A stretch of DNA of 48,170 bases from Christensenella sp. UBA6420 (GTDB lineage: Bacteria; Bacillota; Clostridia; Christensenellales; DTU072), in assembly GCA_002439705.1 (NCBI GenBank), contig DJPE01000014.1, forward strand, positions 321 to 48,490, read 5' to 3'. The first letter of the stretch is position 1. Each line of letters begins with the position of its first letter. Position numbers and translations under genes: made by a program. Shown in pieces: positions 35,868 through 43,420 of this stretch. The notes under the pieces were generated by a model that was given only the letters and a program-made list of their open reading frames with translations, was not told the origin of the DNA and ran no database searches.

Positions 35868-36648
35868 AGTGTATTTTTATAAGCTCAATAAGAGCCTTGT
35901 ATTCCCTTCCGTATACGTTATTTGCGTGTGTTTCCTCTACTTTTGCGGCGAATTCATTAAGCTCGCCCGTAAAGCAACCGCAATTTACACTTAGTCCGCC
36001 ACTTTTGTTTTTAAATACAGTCGTTGTATCAATTCTTGAACCCATATTGGTAATCCAAAGAATATCGGCATCACGACAAACAAAAGCATCTCCACAAACC
36101 TTGGCATCACCGTGAACAGAACCACAGGCACGCACCCAAGCCTCACCGCAAACCTTGGCATTCCCATAAATCTGGGCATTGCCACAAATCCAAGCATTAC
36201 CGCAAATCTTAGCCTCACCGTGAACCCAAGCATCGCCGTGAACCAGAGCATAGCCGCAAACTTGAGCATTTCCGTAAACCCAAGCACTACCGAAAACCTT
36301 AGCATCTCCGTGAACCAATGCACTGCCGTAAACCCGAACAGTCTCGAAAACATGAGCATTGCCGCAAACTTGGGCATCTCCGTAAATTTGCGCGTTGTCA
36401 TAGACTTGAGAATTACTATAAACCCAAGCGTTGTCTCGAACCTTGGCATCACCATAAACCTTGGCATTGTCGTAAACTTTGGCATTGTCGTAAACCCAAG
36501 CATTGCCATATTGCGAAAGATTCTCTTCTTTCTCTATCCATCCGCCTAAATCGCCTTTCTTTACGTTGCCAAAGTCCCTGAGTGCTTCTATCTGATAGAA
36601 CGTGTGTCCGAGCCATACTTTTTTGTTTTCCGTTAAACGATATTTCAT
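35845..36648 (-). CDS. Hexapeptide-repeat (beta-helix/solenoid) protein, first gene of the leftward early transcript
   Basis: 267 aa. N-terminal KKVWLGHTFYQIEALRDFGNVKKGDLGGWIEKEENLSQ, then 25 consecutive hexads (YGNAWV YDNAKV YDNAKV YGDAKV ... CGDAFV CRDADI), then a C-terminal domain ...NCGCFTGELNEFAAKVEETHANN.... Confidence 0.8.
   Translation of the reverse strand: MKYRLTENKKVWLGHTFYQIEALRDFGNVKKGDLGGWIEKEENLSQYGNAWVYDNAKVYDNAKVYGDAKVRDNAWVYSNSQVYDNAQIYGDAQVCGNAHVFETVRVYGSALVHGDAKVFGSAWVYGNAQVCGYALVHGDAWVHGEAKICGNAWICGNAQIYGNAKVCGEAWVRACGSVHGDAKVCGDAFVCRDADILWITNMGSRIDTTTVFKNKSGGLSVNCGCFTGELNEFAAKVEETHANNVYGREYKALIELIKIHFGVKENV
36061..36510 (-). repeat. 18-bp-periodic coding repeat (25 hexapeptide units)
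   Basis: aa 47-196 of the ORF above. All three frames on both strands stay open here, which is a repeat artefact in the ORF track. Confidence 0.9.
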
Positions 36649-36811
36649 CTTACTTTCTCCTTTATGTTTTGGAAATTTTAATATCCAAATTTGGAAATCA
36701 ACTATAGTATATATCCAAGTTTGGAAGATGTCAAGAGTTTTTTTGAAAAATTCTTTACTTTTTGGAAATTATATTCCATACTAAACATAATCTATCTATG
36801 AAGGTAAATTA
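36649..36811. promoter_or_regulatory. Divergent promoter/operator region of the lysis-lysogeny switch
   Basis: Perfect palindrome tccaaatttgga (36684-36695), near-palindrome tccaagtttgga (36714-36725), and TTTGGAAAT half-sites at 36668, 36690 and 36761. -35/-10-like hexamers occur on both strands (TTGAAA at 36743; TTGATT...TAAAAT on the minus strand flanking the palindrome). Confidence 0.6.
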
Positions 36812-37108
36812 ATGGAAATAATTGAAATTAAAAAATATCTCAAAGACAATAAAATTACTTACGAAAAGTTGAGCGAACTATCCCAAGTTCCTTTAAACAC
36901 ATTAAAAAACATATTCAGCGGTCGTACGCCGACTCCCCGCATAGATACCATTCAATCCATCGAAAAAGCTCTCGGTTTGGATAACAACTCTTCTTCTGCC
37001 GCTAATACCATAAATACAGAGTTGCTTAATCTTATTCCACTGCTTACTCCTCAACAAGTTGAACAAACTGTCGACTTCGTTAAATTCTTACTTTCTAAAA
37101 ACTCTTGA
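36812..37108 (+). CDS. XRE-type HTH protein, repressor-NTD paralogue 1 (no peptidase domain)
   Basis: MEIIEIKKYLKDNKITYEKLSELSQVPLNTLKNIFSGRTPTPRIDTIQSIEKALGLD, plus a short tail ending DFVKFLLSKNS. Confidence 0.75.
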   Translation: MEIIEIKKYLKDNKITYEKLSELSQVPLNTLKNIFSGRTPTPRIDTIQSIEKALGLDNNSSSAANTINTELLNLIPLLTPQQVEQTVDFVKFLLSKNS

Positions 37109-37129
37109 CGTAGAAAAATTCTTTACTTT

Positions 37130-37447
37130 ATGGAAATAATTGAAATAAAAAAATATCTTAAAAACAATAAAATAACTTACAAAAAGTTGAGTGCCTTATC
37201 AGGTATCCCACTCACTACTCTTAAATATATATTCAGCGGTCGTACTTCAACCCCACGTATAGACACCATTCAGGCCATCGAAAAAGCTCTTAATTTTGAT
37301 AATCAGCGGGCTAAAATTGAACCTAATTTTATCTCCGACAAACAGCGTCTTCATTACCTTATAGAACAACTTCCCGACGAACTCGTTCTCCAAGTCTGTG
37401 ATTACATTTATTTTTTGCTTTCAAAAAATTCTCTATATAAACTTTAA
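37130..37447 (+). CDS. XRE-type HTH protein, repressor-NTD paralogue 2 (no peptidase domain)
   Basis: MEIIEIKKYLKNNKITYKKLSALSGIPLTTLKYIFSGRTSTPRIDTIQAIEKALNFD, with tail ...DYIYFLLSKNS. No obvious RBS. The ATG lies inside a copy of the operator segment. Confidence 0.65.
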   Translation: MEIIEIKKYLKNNKITYKKLSALSGIPLTTLKYIFSGRTSTPRIDTIQAIEKALNFDNQRAKIEPNFISDKQRLHYLIEQLPDELVLQVCDYIYFLLSKNSLYKL

Positions 37448-37462
37448 AGGAGCTAATTCCAT

Positions 37463-38062
37463 ATGGATATAACATTAATAAAAAAACATTTAAAAGCTAA
37501 TAAAATAACCTATGCTGAATTATCTGAAATGTCTGGCGTTCCTATTCAAACCATACAAAAAGTCTTCTCCGGCAATACTAAACATCCCCGCATAGACACC
37601 ATTCAGTCCATAGAGAAAGCTCTCGGTCTGGATAAGTCGTTCAGTATTTACGATATCCCCGGCATAGAACCTTTACCCGAATTCCGCTCGGTTCCTCTCG
37701 TCGGAACCATCGCTTGCGGCACGCCGACACTCGCAGAAGAGAATATCGAAGAATACGTCAAAATGAGCGACAACGTACGCGCCGATTTTGCTTTACGCTG
37801 CAAGGGCGACAGTATGATTAACGCTCGTATATTCGACGGTGATATCGTATTTATCAGACAGCAACCCGACGTCGAAAACGGCGAGATAGCAGCCGTTCTT
37901 ATAGAGAACGAAGCAACGCTTAAGCGCATATATAAATACGGCTCACGCCTTGAACTGCGCGCTGAAAATCCTACGTTTGCTCCGCTCAATTTCGAGGGCG
38001 AACAACTAAATGAAATTCGCATACTCGGAAAAGCCGTTGCTTTCATATCAACGGTTAGATAA
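37463..38062 (+). CDS. CI/LexA-like phage repressor (HTH plus S24 autopeptidase)
   Basis: The same HTH family as the two upstream ORFs, then the S24 domain: VPLVGTIACGTP, GDSM (catalytic Ser), and LKR with the Lys partner. AAAGGAG RBS. Confidence 0.85.
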   Translation: MDITLIKKHLKANKITYAELSEMSGVPIQTIQKVFSGNTKHPRIDTIQSIEKALGLDKSFSIYDIPGIEPLPEFRSVPLVGTIACGTPTLAEENIEEYVKMSDNVRADFALRCKGDSMINARIFDGDIVFIRQQPDVENGEIAAVLIENEATLKRIYKYGSRLELRAENPTFAPLNFEGEQLNEIRILGKAVAFISTVR

Positions 38063-38070
38063 ACATTAAA

Positions 38071-38104
38071 TTGACAACAAGTATAATGTACGCTATAATG
38101 TACA
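38071..38104 (+). promoter_or_regulatory. Consensus sigma-A promoter with a TGTAC(G/A) operator pair for the TA-integrase unit
   Basis: TTGACA (38071-38076), 17 nt, TATAAT (38094-38099). tgtacg at 38087 and tgtaca at 38099 are 12 bp apart. The direct repeat tataatgtac occurs twice. Confidence 0.75.
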
Positions 38105-38131
38105 TAGAATAAATATAGGAGGTAATATATT

Positions 38132-38386
38132 ATGTCTATAACTAACGCAACGACTTTACGCAAGAGTCTATTTAGCTATTTGGATGCGGCAGCTGTAAAC
38201 GATGAAAAGATAATCGTGACGACAAAAAACGGAAATGCGGCTATTGTAAGCGAAGAATACCTGCGTAATTTAGAAGAAACTTGTTACCTTTATTCTATAC
38301 CGGGCGTCCGTGATAGCATTATCGAAGGCGTAAACACGCCTTTGTCAGAATGCTCGCAGATCGATTGGAAAAAGGTGCTGAAATGA
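38132..38386 (+). CDS. yefM: Phd/YefM-family antitoxin
   Basis: 84 aa. ...LRKSLFSYLDAAAVNDEKIIVTTKNGNAAIVSEEYLRNLEETCYL is typical of YefM. AGGAGG RBS. ATGA overlap with the toxin gene. Confidence 0.8.
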   Translation: MSITNATTLRKSLFSYLDAAAVNDEKIIVTTKNGNAAIVSEEYLRNLEETCYLYSIPGVRDSIIEGVNTPLSECSQIDWKKVLK

Positions 38387-38643
38387 GCTATACCATATTA
38401 TTCACAAAACAAGGAGAAAAGGACTTATTAAAAATAGCTCAAAGTAATTTTAAGTCAAAAGCATCCAGGCTTTTGGCTGTTCTTGAAGAAGATCCTTATT
38501 CTCCGCCTTGTGAAAAACTAATAAATTTAGATTCTACATTTTCGAGACGTATAAACATTCAACATAGACTCGTTTACAAAGTCTACGAAGAGGAAAAAAT
38601 CGTCGTAATTATACGAATGTGGACTCATTACAGTGACAATTAA
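38383..38643 (+). CDS. yoeB: YoeB/Txe-family toxin
   Basis: MSYTILFTKQGEKDL...FSRRINIQHRLVYKVYEEEKIVVIIRMWTHY is the YoeB signature. I moved the start to the ATG overlapping the antitoxin stop. Confidence 0.8.
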   Translation: MSYTILFTKQGEKDLLKIAQSNFKSKASRLLAVLEEDPYSPPCEKLINLDSTFSRRINIQHRLVYKVYEEEKIVVIIRMWTHYSDN

Positions 38644-38650
38644 TTCGGGA

Positions 38651-40051
38651 ATGAATGCTGCACTATATATTCGCGTATCTACGCTTGAACAAGCAACAAA
38701 AGGATATTCTCTCGAAGCGCAACGAGAGAGACTTGAAGCATACGCAAAAAGCCAAAACTACGAGATAACGGGCGTATACACCGACGACGGTTATTCGGGC
38801 AAAAACTTATACCGCCCCGCTATCGAGCGACTGATAGAGCACGTTAAACTCGGACTAATCAACGTCGTACTCGTATACAAGCTTGACCGTTTAACGCGTA
38901 GAGTCCGCGACGTACTCGAACTCGTAGAAGACGTTTTCGCGCCTAACAACGTTCAACTTTATTCTTTACAGGAAAATATCGACGTTTCATCGCCTTTCGG
39001 CCGCGCGGCGTTAAAACTCAACGCTACGTTCTCGGAACTTGAAAGAGAAACTATCGTCGAGCGTATGATTATGGGAAAAGAACAAGCCGTAAAACAAGGT
39101 AAGTATCTTTGCCCAGGTAAAGTTGCGCCTTTCGGTTACGTCCGCAACGCCGAGACGAAACAATTCGATATCGACCCCGTCCGCGCTGATATGGTAATAA
39201 AAATATTCGACCTTTACATACAAGGTTATTCCTTTCGAAAATTGTACGATTATTGTAAAGCGAATTTCAACGATTCGTATTTCAATAATCCTATGTGCTG
39301 TAAAAGTATTATTAATCGTACTATGTACACCGGATTTTTCACTTATAAAGGCGAGCTTTATAAAGGAACGAATTACTCCCCTATTATATCCTACGACACA
39401 TATCTCCAAGCGCAGGCTAAAAAAGACGCCAATAAAAGCGTACGCACACGCTCAACTTCTCCCTATCTGCTGACGGGACTTATCTATTGCGCTCAATGCG
39501 GAAATCGTTACGTCGGCAAAACTTATAAACATAACGAAGGGACCAAAGAATACGTTTATCGCGCGTACGGTTGTGCAGCGCGAGTAAAGAACGATAAGGA
39601 CTATCACCCTGCCAAATGCACTAACTATATACACACGGCGGAAGACCTTGAAAAAAGAGTAATCGACGTAATGAAGTCGTTGCAATTCGATGGGTTCGTC
39701 GCAGGAAAATACGTATCCGGCAAAATCGAAAACGTACGCATCGCTATATCTGAATTAAAAGAGAAAAAGGAAAAGTTACTCGATTTATACCTAAGCGATA
39801 TAATAGACAAAAATAGCTATGCAAAGAAAACGTCTGATATAGATAAAGAAATCGAAAAAAATGAAATTATAATAAAAGAAGAAGAAAAACGCGTTAAAGA
39901 AACGCCCACTATAACCATCGACTATTTGAAAGAACAAAGAAACCGCTTTGACGATATGTCGCAAACAGAAAAACGCAAATTTATGGCGGTTATTATAGAT
40001 AAGATAATTCTTAACGGCAACGATATTGTCGTAAAATTCAAAGTTAAATAA
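38651..40051 (+). CDS. Large serine recombinase (phage integrase)
   Basis: MNAALYIRVSTLEQ (catalytic Ser), resolvase domain with VLVYKLDRLTRR, recombinase domain, zinc ribbon CAQCGNRY...C, and a C-terminal coiled coil. The gene ends 37 bp from the att core. The track start (GTG 38633) is an alternative. Confidence 0.9.
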   Translation: MNAALYIRVSTLEQATKGYSLEAQRERLEAYAKSQNYEITGVYTDDGYSGKNLYRPAIERLIEHVKLGLINVVLVYKLDRLTRRVRDVLELVEDVFAPNNVQLYSLQENIDVSSPFGRAALKLNATFSELERETIVERMIMGKEQAVKQGKYLCPGKVAPFGYVRNAETKQFDIDPVRADMVIKIFDLYIQGYSFRKLYDYCKANFNDSYFNNPMCCKSIINRTMYTGFFTYKGELYKGTNYSPIISYDTYLQAQAKKDANKSVRTRSTSPYLLTGLIYCAQCGNRYVGKTYKHNEGTKEYVYRAYGCAARVKNDKDYHPAKCTNYIHTAEDLEKRVIDVMKSLQFDGFVAGKYVSGKIENVRIAISELKEKKEKLLDLYLSDIIDKNSYAKKTSDIDKEIEKNEIIIKEEEKRVKETPTITIDYLKEQRNRFDDMSQTEKRKFMAVIIDKIILNGNDIVVKFKVK

Positions 40052-40082
40052 TTTTTTCTTAATTTTTTTCACGAACCTAAAA

Positions 40083-40100
40083 GAAGTAGCCGTATACGTA
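40083..40100. other. attR (phage/host junction)
   Basis: gaagtagccgtata then the host sequence cgta..., with core agccgtata at 40088-40096. Confidence 0.75.
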
Positions 40101-40817
40101 AAGACCGGCGGCAGCAACAACTATCCCGTAGTATTCGGGCAGCTCACTAAATGCGACGGGGCTTTTCTTATAGGCAGGAAAGCCGAACCCGATTTCAAAT
40201 GGACCGACCTTAAAGGAAAAGAAATAATAGGCGGCAGAAAAGGCGGTATGCCCGCAATGAGTCTCGAACACGCGCTTAACAAAAACAATCTCGTCGTAGG
40301 CACCGACCTTAATCTTAATTACGACGTACAGTTCGACCTTATTACGGCGGCGTTCGAAGGCGGAACCGGCGACTACTGCACTATGTTCGAACCGAACGCA
40401 AGTCAGTACGAAGCTCTCGGCAAAGGCTATATCGTGGCAAGCGTAGGCAAAGAAGCGGGAGAAATCCCCTACACTTGCTTTATGGCGACCAAGGAATATA
40501 TAGCGGCTAATCCCGAAAAAATAACGGGATTTATGAAAGCCGTGATAAAGGGTATCGACTTCGTAATCAACGGTAATCCCGACGAAATAGCCGAAGCGTT
40601 GAAGCCGAGTTTCCCTACGACCGACGACGCTCTTCTTAAAAAATCCGTCGAAAGCTACAAGGCGATAAACGCGTATATGACCAACCCCGTAATGACCGAA
40701 GAATCTTTCGAACACATGCTCGATATTCTCGAAGAAAGCGGCAGCATAACGCAGAGAATAGCTTTCTCCGACGTAATCGACAATTCGATAGCGGAAAAAA
40801 TACTTGCGGAAAAATAA
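40086..40817 (+). pseudogene. 3' fragment of the split SBP gene
   Basis: The in-frame reading from the core gives (VAVY)VKTGGSNNYPVVFGQLTKCDGAFLIGRKAEPDFKWTDLKGKEIIGGRKGGMPAMSLEHAL...AEKILAEK. There is no start or RBS of its own. The cognate ATPase gene follows 30 bp downstream. Confidence 0.85.
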
Positions 40818-40846
40818 CTAACGTAACTTTTACAAAAGGAGTCAAG

Positions 40847-41605
40847 ATGATACTGCAAATAGAAAATTTATCCTTCACTTACCACAGTAAGGATACGGAA
40901 ACGAAAGCGGTAGACGATATGAACTTCTCGGTAAACGAGGGAGAATTCTTGGGAATAGTCGGTCCGTCCGGTTGCGGCAAGACCACTATTCTCAATCTTC
41001 TCGCAGGAATAGAAACCCCTTCGTCGGGACGATTACTTCTGCGGGGAGAACCCCTTTCGTCGAAGGAACACGAAATAGCGTTGATGCCGCAACGAGACCA
41101 ACTCTTCGAATGGAGAACGATAGAAAAAAACGTTTTTCTCGGATTGGAAATTCTGAAAAAGAGCACACCCGAAAACAAGGCTTACGGCAGAGAGCTGCTC
41201 GAAAAATACGGGCTTAAAGACTTTCTTAAAAAACACCCGTCTGAGCTGTCGGGCGGTATGCGTCAGAGAGCGGCTCTGATAAGGACTCTCGTCACCGCCC
41301 CGTCGGTACTCCTGCTCGACGAACCCTTCTCGGCTCTCGACTTTCAGACGCGGCTTAACGTTTGCGATGACGTTCACTCCATCATAAAACAGGAAAAAAA
41401 GACCGCCTTGCTCGTGTCGCACGACATCAACGAAAGTATCTCGCTGTGCGACAGGATAATCGTTCTTACAGCTCGTCCCGCAAAGATTAAAGCCGACATT
41501 AAGGTGGACTTAGACAAATCGCTTACTCCTTTGCAACGCAGAGAGAGTCCGCGTTTTTCTAAATATTTCGAAGAAATATGGCGTCTCCTGGAGGTGCGAA
41601 AATGA
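40847..41605 (+). CDS. ABC transporter ATP-binding protein (NitT/TauT, SsuB-like)
   Basis: Walker A GPSGCGKTT, signature LSGGMRQRAAL, Walker B LLLDEPFSALD, H-loop SHD. Confidence 0.9.
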   Translation: MILQIENLSFTYHSKDTETKAVDDMNFSVNEGEFLGIVGPSGCGKTTILNLLAGIETPSSGRLLLRGEPLSSKEHEIALMPQRDQLFEWRTIEKNVFLGLEILKKSTPENKAYGRELLEKYGLKDFLKKHPSELSGGMRQRAALIRTLVTAPSVLLLDEPFSALDFQTRLNVCDDVHSIIKQEKKTALLVSHDINESISLCDRIIVLTARPAKIKADIKVDLDKSLTPLQRRESPRFSKYFEEIWRLLEVRK

Positions 41606-42390
41606 CAGAAGAACACAAAAAATACATTAAAAAACGCAAGATAAGAAAATGCGTGATAATCGGACTTCAAGCCGGAATTTTGCTGCTTTTTATCGGGGCG
41701 TGGGAACTTATCGCATACCTTAAAATAGTAGACCCGTTTATTATAAGTTCTCCGTCGAGAATAGTAAAAATCATAGGAGAACTGTACCGCGGCAGCAACC
41801 TTTTTCAACACCTTTTCGCTACGCTGTACGAAACGGTGTTAGGGTTTCTGTTATCCACGGTTATGGGTACCGTAATCGCGATTATACTGTGGTGGAGTCC
41901 TATTATAAAAGACGTGGCGGAACCCTATCTTATTACCCTTAACGCCCTGCCGAAAATTGCTCTCGGACCTATAATTATAATATGGGTGGGCGCGGGCAAA
42001 GCGTCGATAATAACGATGGCGGTTCTTATCTGCATAGTGATTACGATAATAAGCGTTCTTACCGGTTTTTTATCGGTGGACAAAGAAAAAATTATGCTCT
42101 TAAAATCGATGAAAGCTACCAAAATGCAGATATTCGCAAAACTTGTTTTTCCGGCAAATCTGCCTACTATTATATCGGTGCTGAAAATTAACGTAGGATT
42201 AAGCTGGGTCGGTACGATTATGGGCGAATATCTCGTGTCGAGAGAAGGCATAGGATACCTTATAGTCTACGGCAGCCAGGTATTTCAACTGGATTTAGTC
42301 ATGGCAAGCACGGTAATCCTTTGCTTGCTCGCTGCTCTTATGTACGGCGGCGTGGCTCTGCTCGAAAAATTCATCGCAAAAAAATTCTGA
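41602..42390 (+). CDS. ABC transporter permease (SsuC/TauC-like)
   Basis: Six hydrophobic segments, with an EAA-like loop LLKSMKATKMQIFAKLVFPANLP. I moved the start to the ATG overlapping the ATPase stop (ATGA). Confidence 0.85.
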   Translation: MTEEHKKYIKKRKIRKCVIIGLQAGILLLFIGAWELIAYLKIVDPFIISSPSRIVKIIGELYRGSNLFQHLFATLYETVLGFLLSTVMGTVIAIILWWSPIIKDVAEPYLITLNALPKIALGPIIIIWVGAGKASIITMAVLICIVITIISVLTGFLSVDKEKIMLLKSMKATKMQIFAKLVFPANLPTIISVLKINVGLSWVGTIMGEYLVSREGIGYLIVYGSQVFQLDLVMASTVILCLLAALMYGGVALLEKFIAKKF

Positions 42391-42435
42391 CTTTTCGGCG
42401 GTCTTACGGCCGTCGAAAATACATATATATTATAT

Positions 42436-43410
42436 ATGAAACGTAAGCGTTTATCGACGGCGGCGGTTTTTCTGGGTGCGTTTATCGGGGCGGGTTTCGC
42501 TTCGGGCAGAGAAATTGCTCTGTACTTTACAGACTGTTCCCCTATCGTACCATTTCTGAGCGGACTGCTGTTGGGGCTTTTTTGTTATTTTTTTCTTTTA
42601 ATCGGAACGTACACGCAAGGCGTTCCTAAACTTTTGTGGGGGAAAGCGAATAAGTTTGCCGACGCTGTAATTAAGATAAGTAATCTGATCACTCTGTGCT
42701 CCATGACAGCTGCAAGCGAAATTACCGTTTTTACTTTGTTTTCTTTTCACGGCGGCGGCGTAATTACGGGTATACTTGCTCTTATCACCGTCGTAGCCGG
42801 GGTGGAAAAAATAAAACTAAGTAACTTTATTATCGTTCCCGTAATAATTATCCTTATAACAACATTGTTTTTCAAAAACGGAGAACTCTTTTTTGTCGGT
42901 AAAATAACCGTCATACCCGCTTTTTCTTACTGTACGATGAACATACTAGGCGGCGGATATCTCGTATCGACGATGAGTAAAGGTTTTTCTAAAAAAGACT
43001 GTGCAATAACCGCTTCTTACAGCGGGGTAATAATAACTCTTCTTATCATGGCGGTATTCTTCGCCGTACGGAACACAAAAAACTCCGACATGCCCCTTAT
43101 AGAAGCGGCGAAGTTAAGCGACCTTGCCTTAGTCGGCAATATAGTAATGTACCTTGCCGTTTTTACCACGATGACGAGTTGCTTATCGATAGTGTCGGAA
43201 AACAAGCCCTACGCCGCGATTATCGTTACTTCCATAACTTTCGTCGTGTCCGTATTCGGTTTCCGGACGATAGTGGATAAACTCTATCCTGTGCTGAGTA
43301 TCCTCGGAGCGATGGTTTCCGCGGGTTACGTTTTCCTTTACGTCGTAAACAGAAAACGGCGTAAATTTTCTTTTACGCCGCTTAAAAACAAGAGTTTCTA
43401 CAAAAATTAA
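42436..43410 (+). CDS. ykvI: YkvI-family membrane protein
   Basis: The N-terminus VFLGAFIGAGFASGREIALYF is typical of YkvI. Polytopic. Confidence 0.65.
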   Translation: MKRKRLSTAAVFLGAFIGAGFASGREIALYFTDCSPIVPFLSGLLLGLFCYFFLLIGTYTQGVPKLLWGKANKFADAVIKISNLITLCSMTAASEITVFTLFSFHGGGVITGILALITVVAGVEKIKLSNFIIVPVIIILITTLFFKNGELFFVGKITVIPAFSYCTMNILGGGYLVSTMSKGFSKKDCAITASYSGVIITLLIMAVFFAVRNTKNSDMPLIEAAKLSDLALVGNIVMYLAVFTTMTSCLSIVSENKPYAAIIVTSITFVVSVFGFRTIVDKLYPVLSILGAMVSAGYVFLYVVNRKRRKFSFTPLKNKSFYKN

Positions 43411-43420
43411 CGCTGTAAGA

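Larger units (their letters stand above)
7667..40096. mobile_element. Integrated temperate phage, about 32.4 kb, serine-integrase type, inserted within a coding sequence
   Basis: Bounded by the repeated core. Contains integrase, CI/Cro-like switch, recombination and replication genes, terS/terL/portal/MuF/scaffold/capsid, tail and fibre genes. The flanking host ORF halves join in frame. Confidence 0.9.

Noticed and set aside
35991-36581. Several long alternative-frame ORFs on both strands (172, 145 and 87 aa), and an 18-bp periodic DNA repeat that could be mistaken for a CRISPR or VNTR array
   Set aside because: They lie inside the hexapeptide-repeat coding region. The periodicity is the 6-codon protein repeat, there are no unique spacers, and only the 267-aa frame has a proper start, N-domain and C-domain.
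40077-40715. 212-aa minus-strand ORF next to attR
   Set aside because: It is antisense to the in-frame 3' half of the SBP gene, which has clear family features and synteny with its ATPase and permease.
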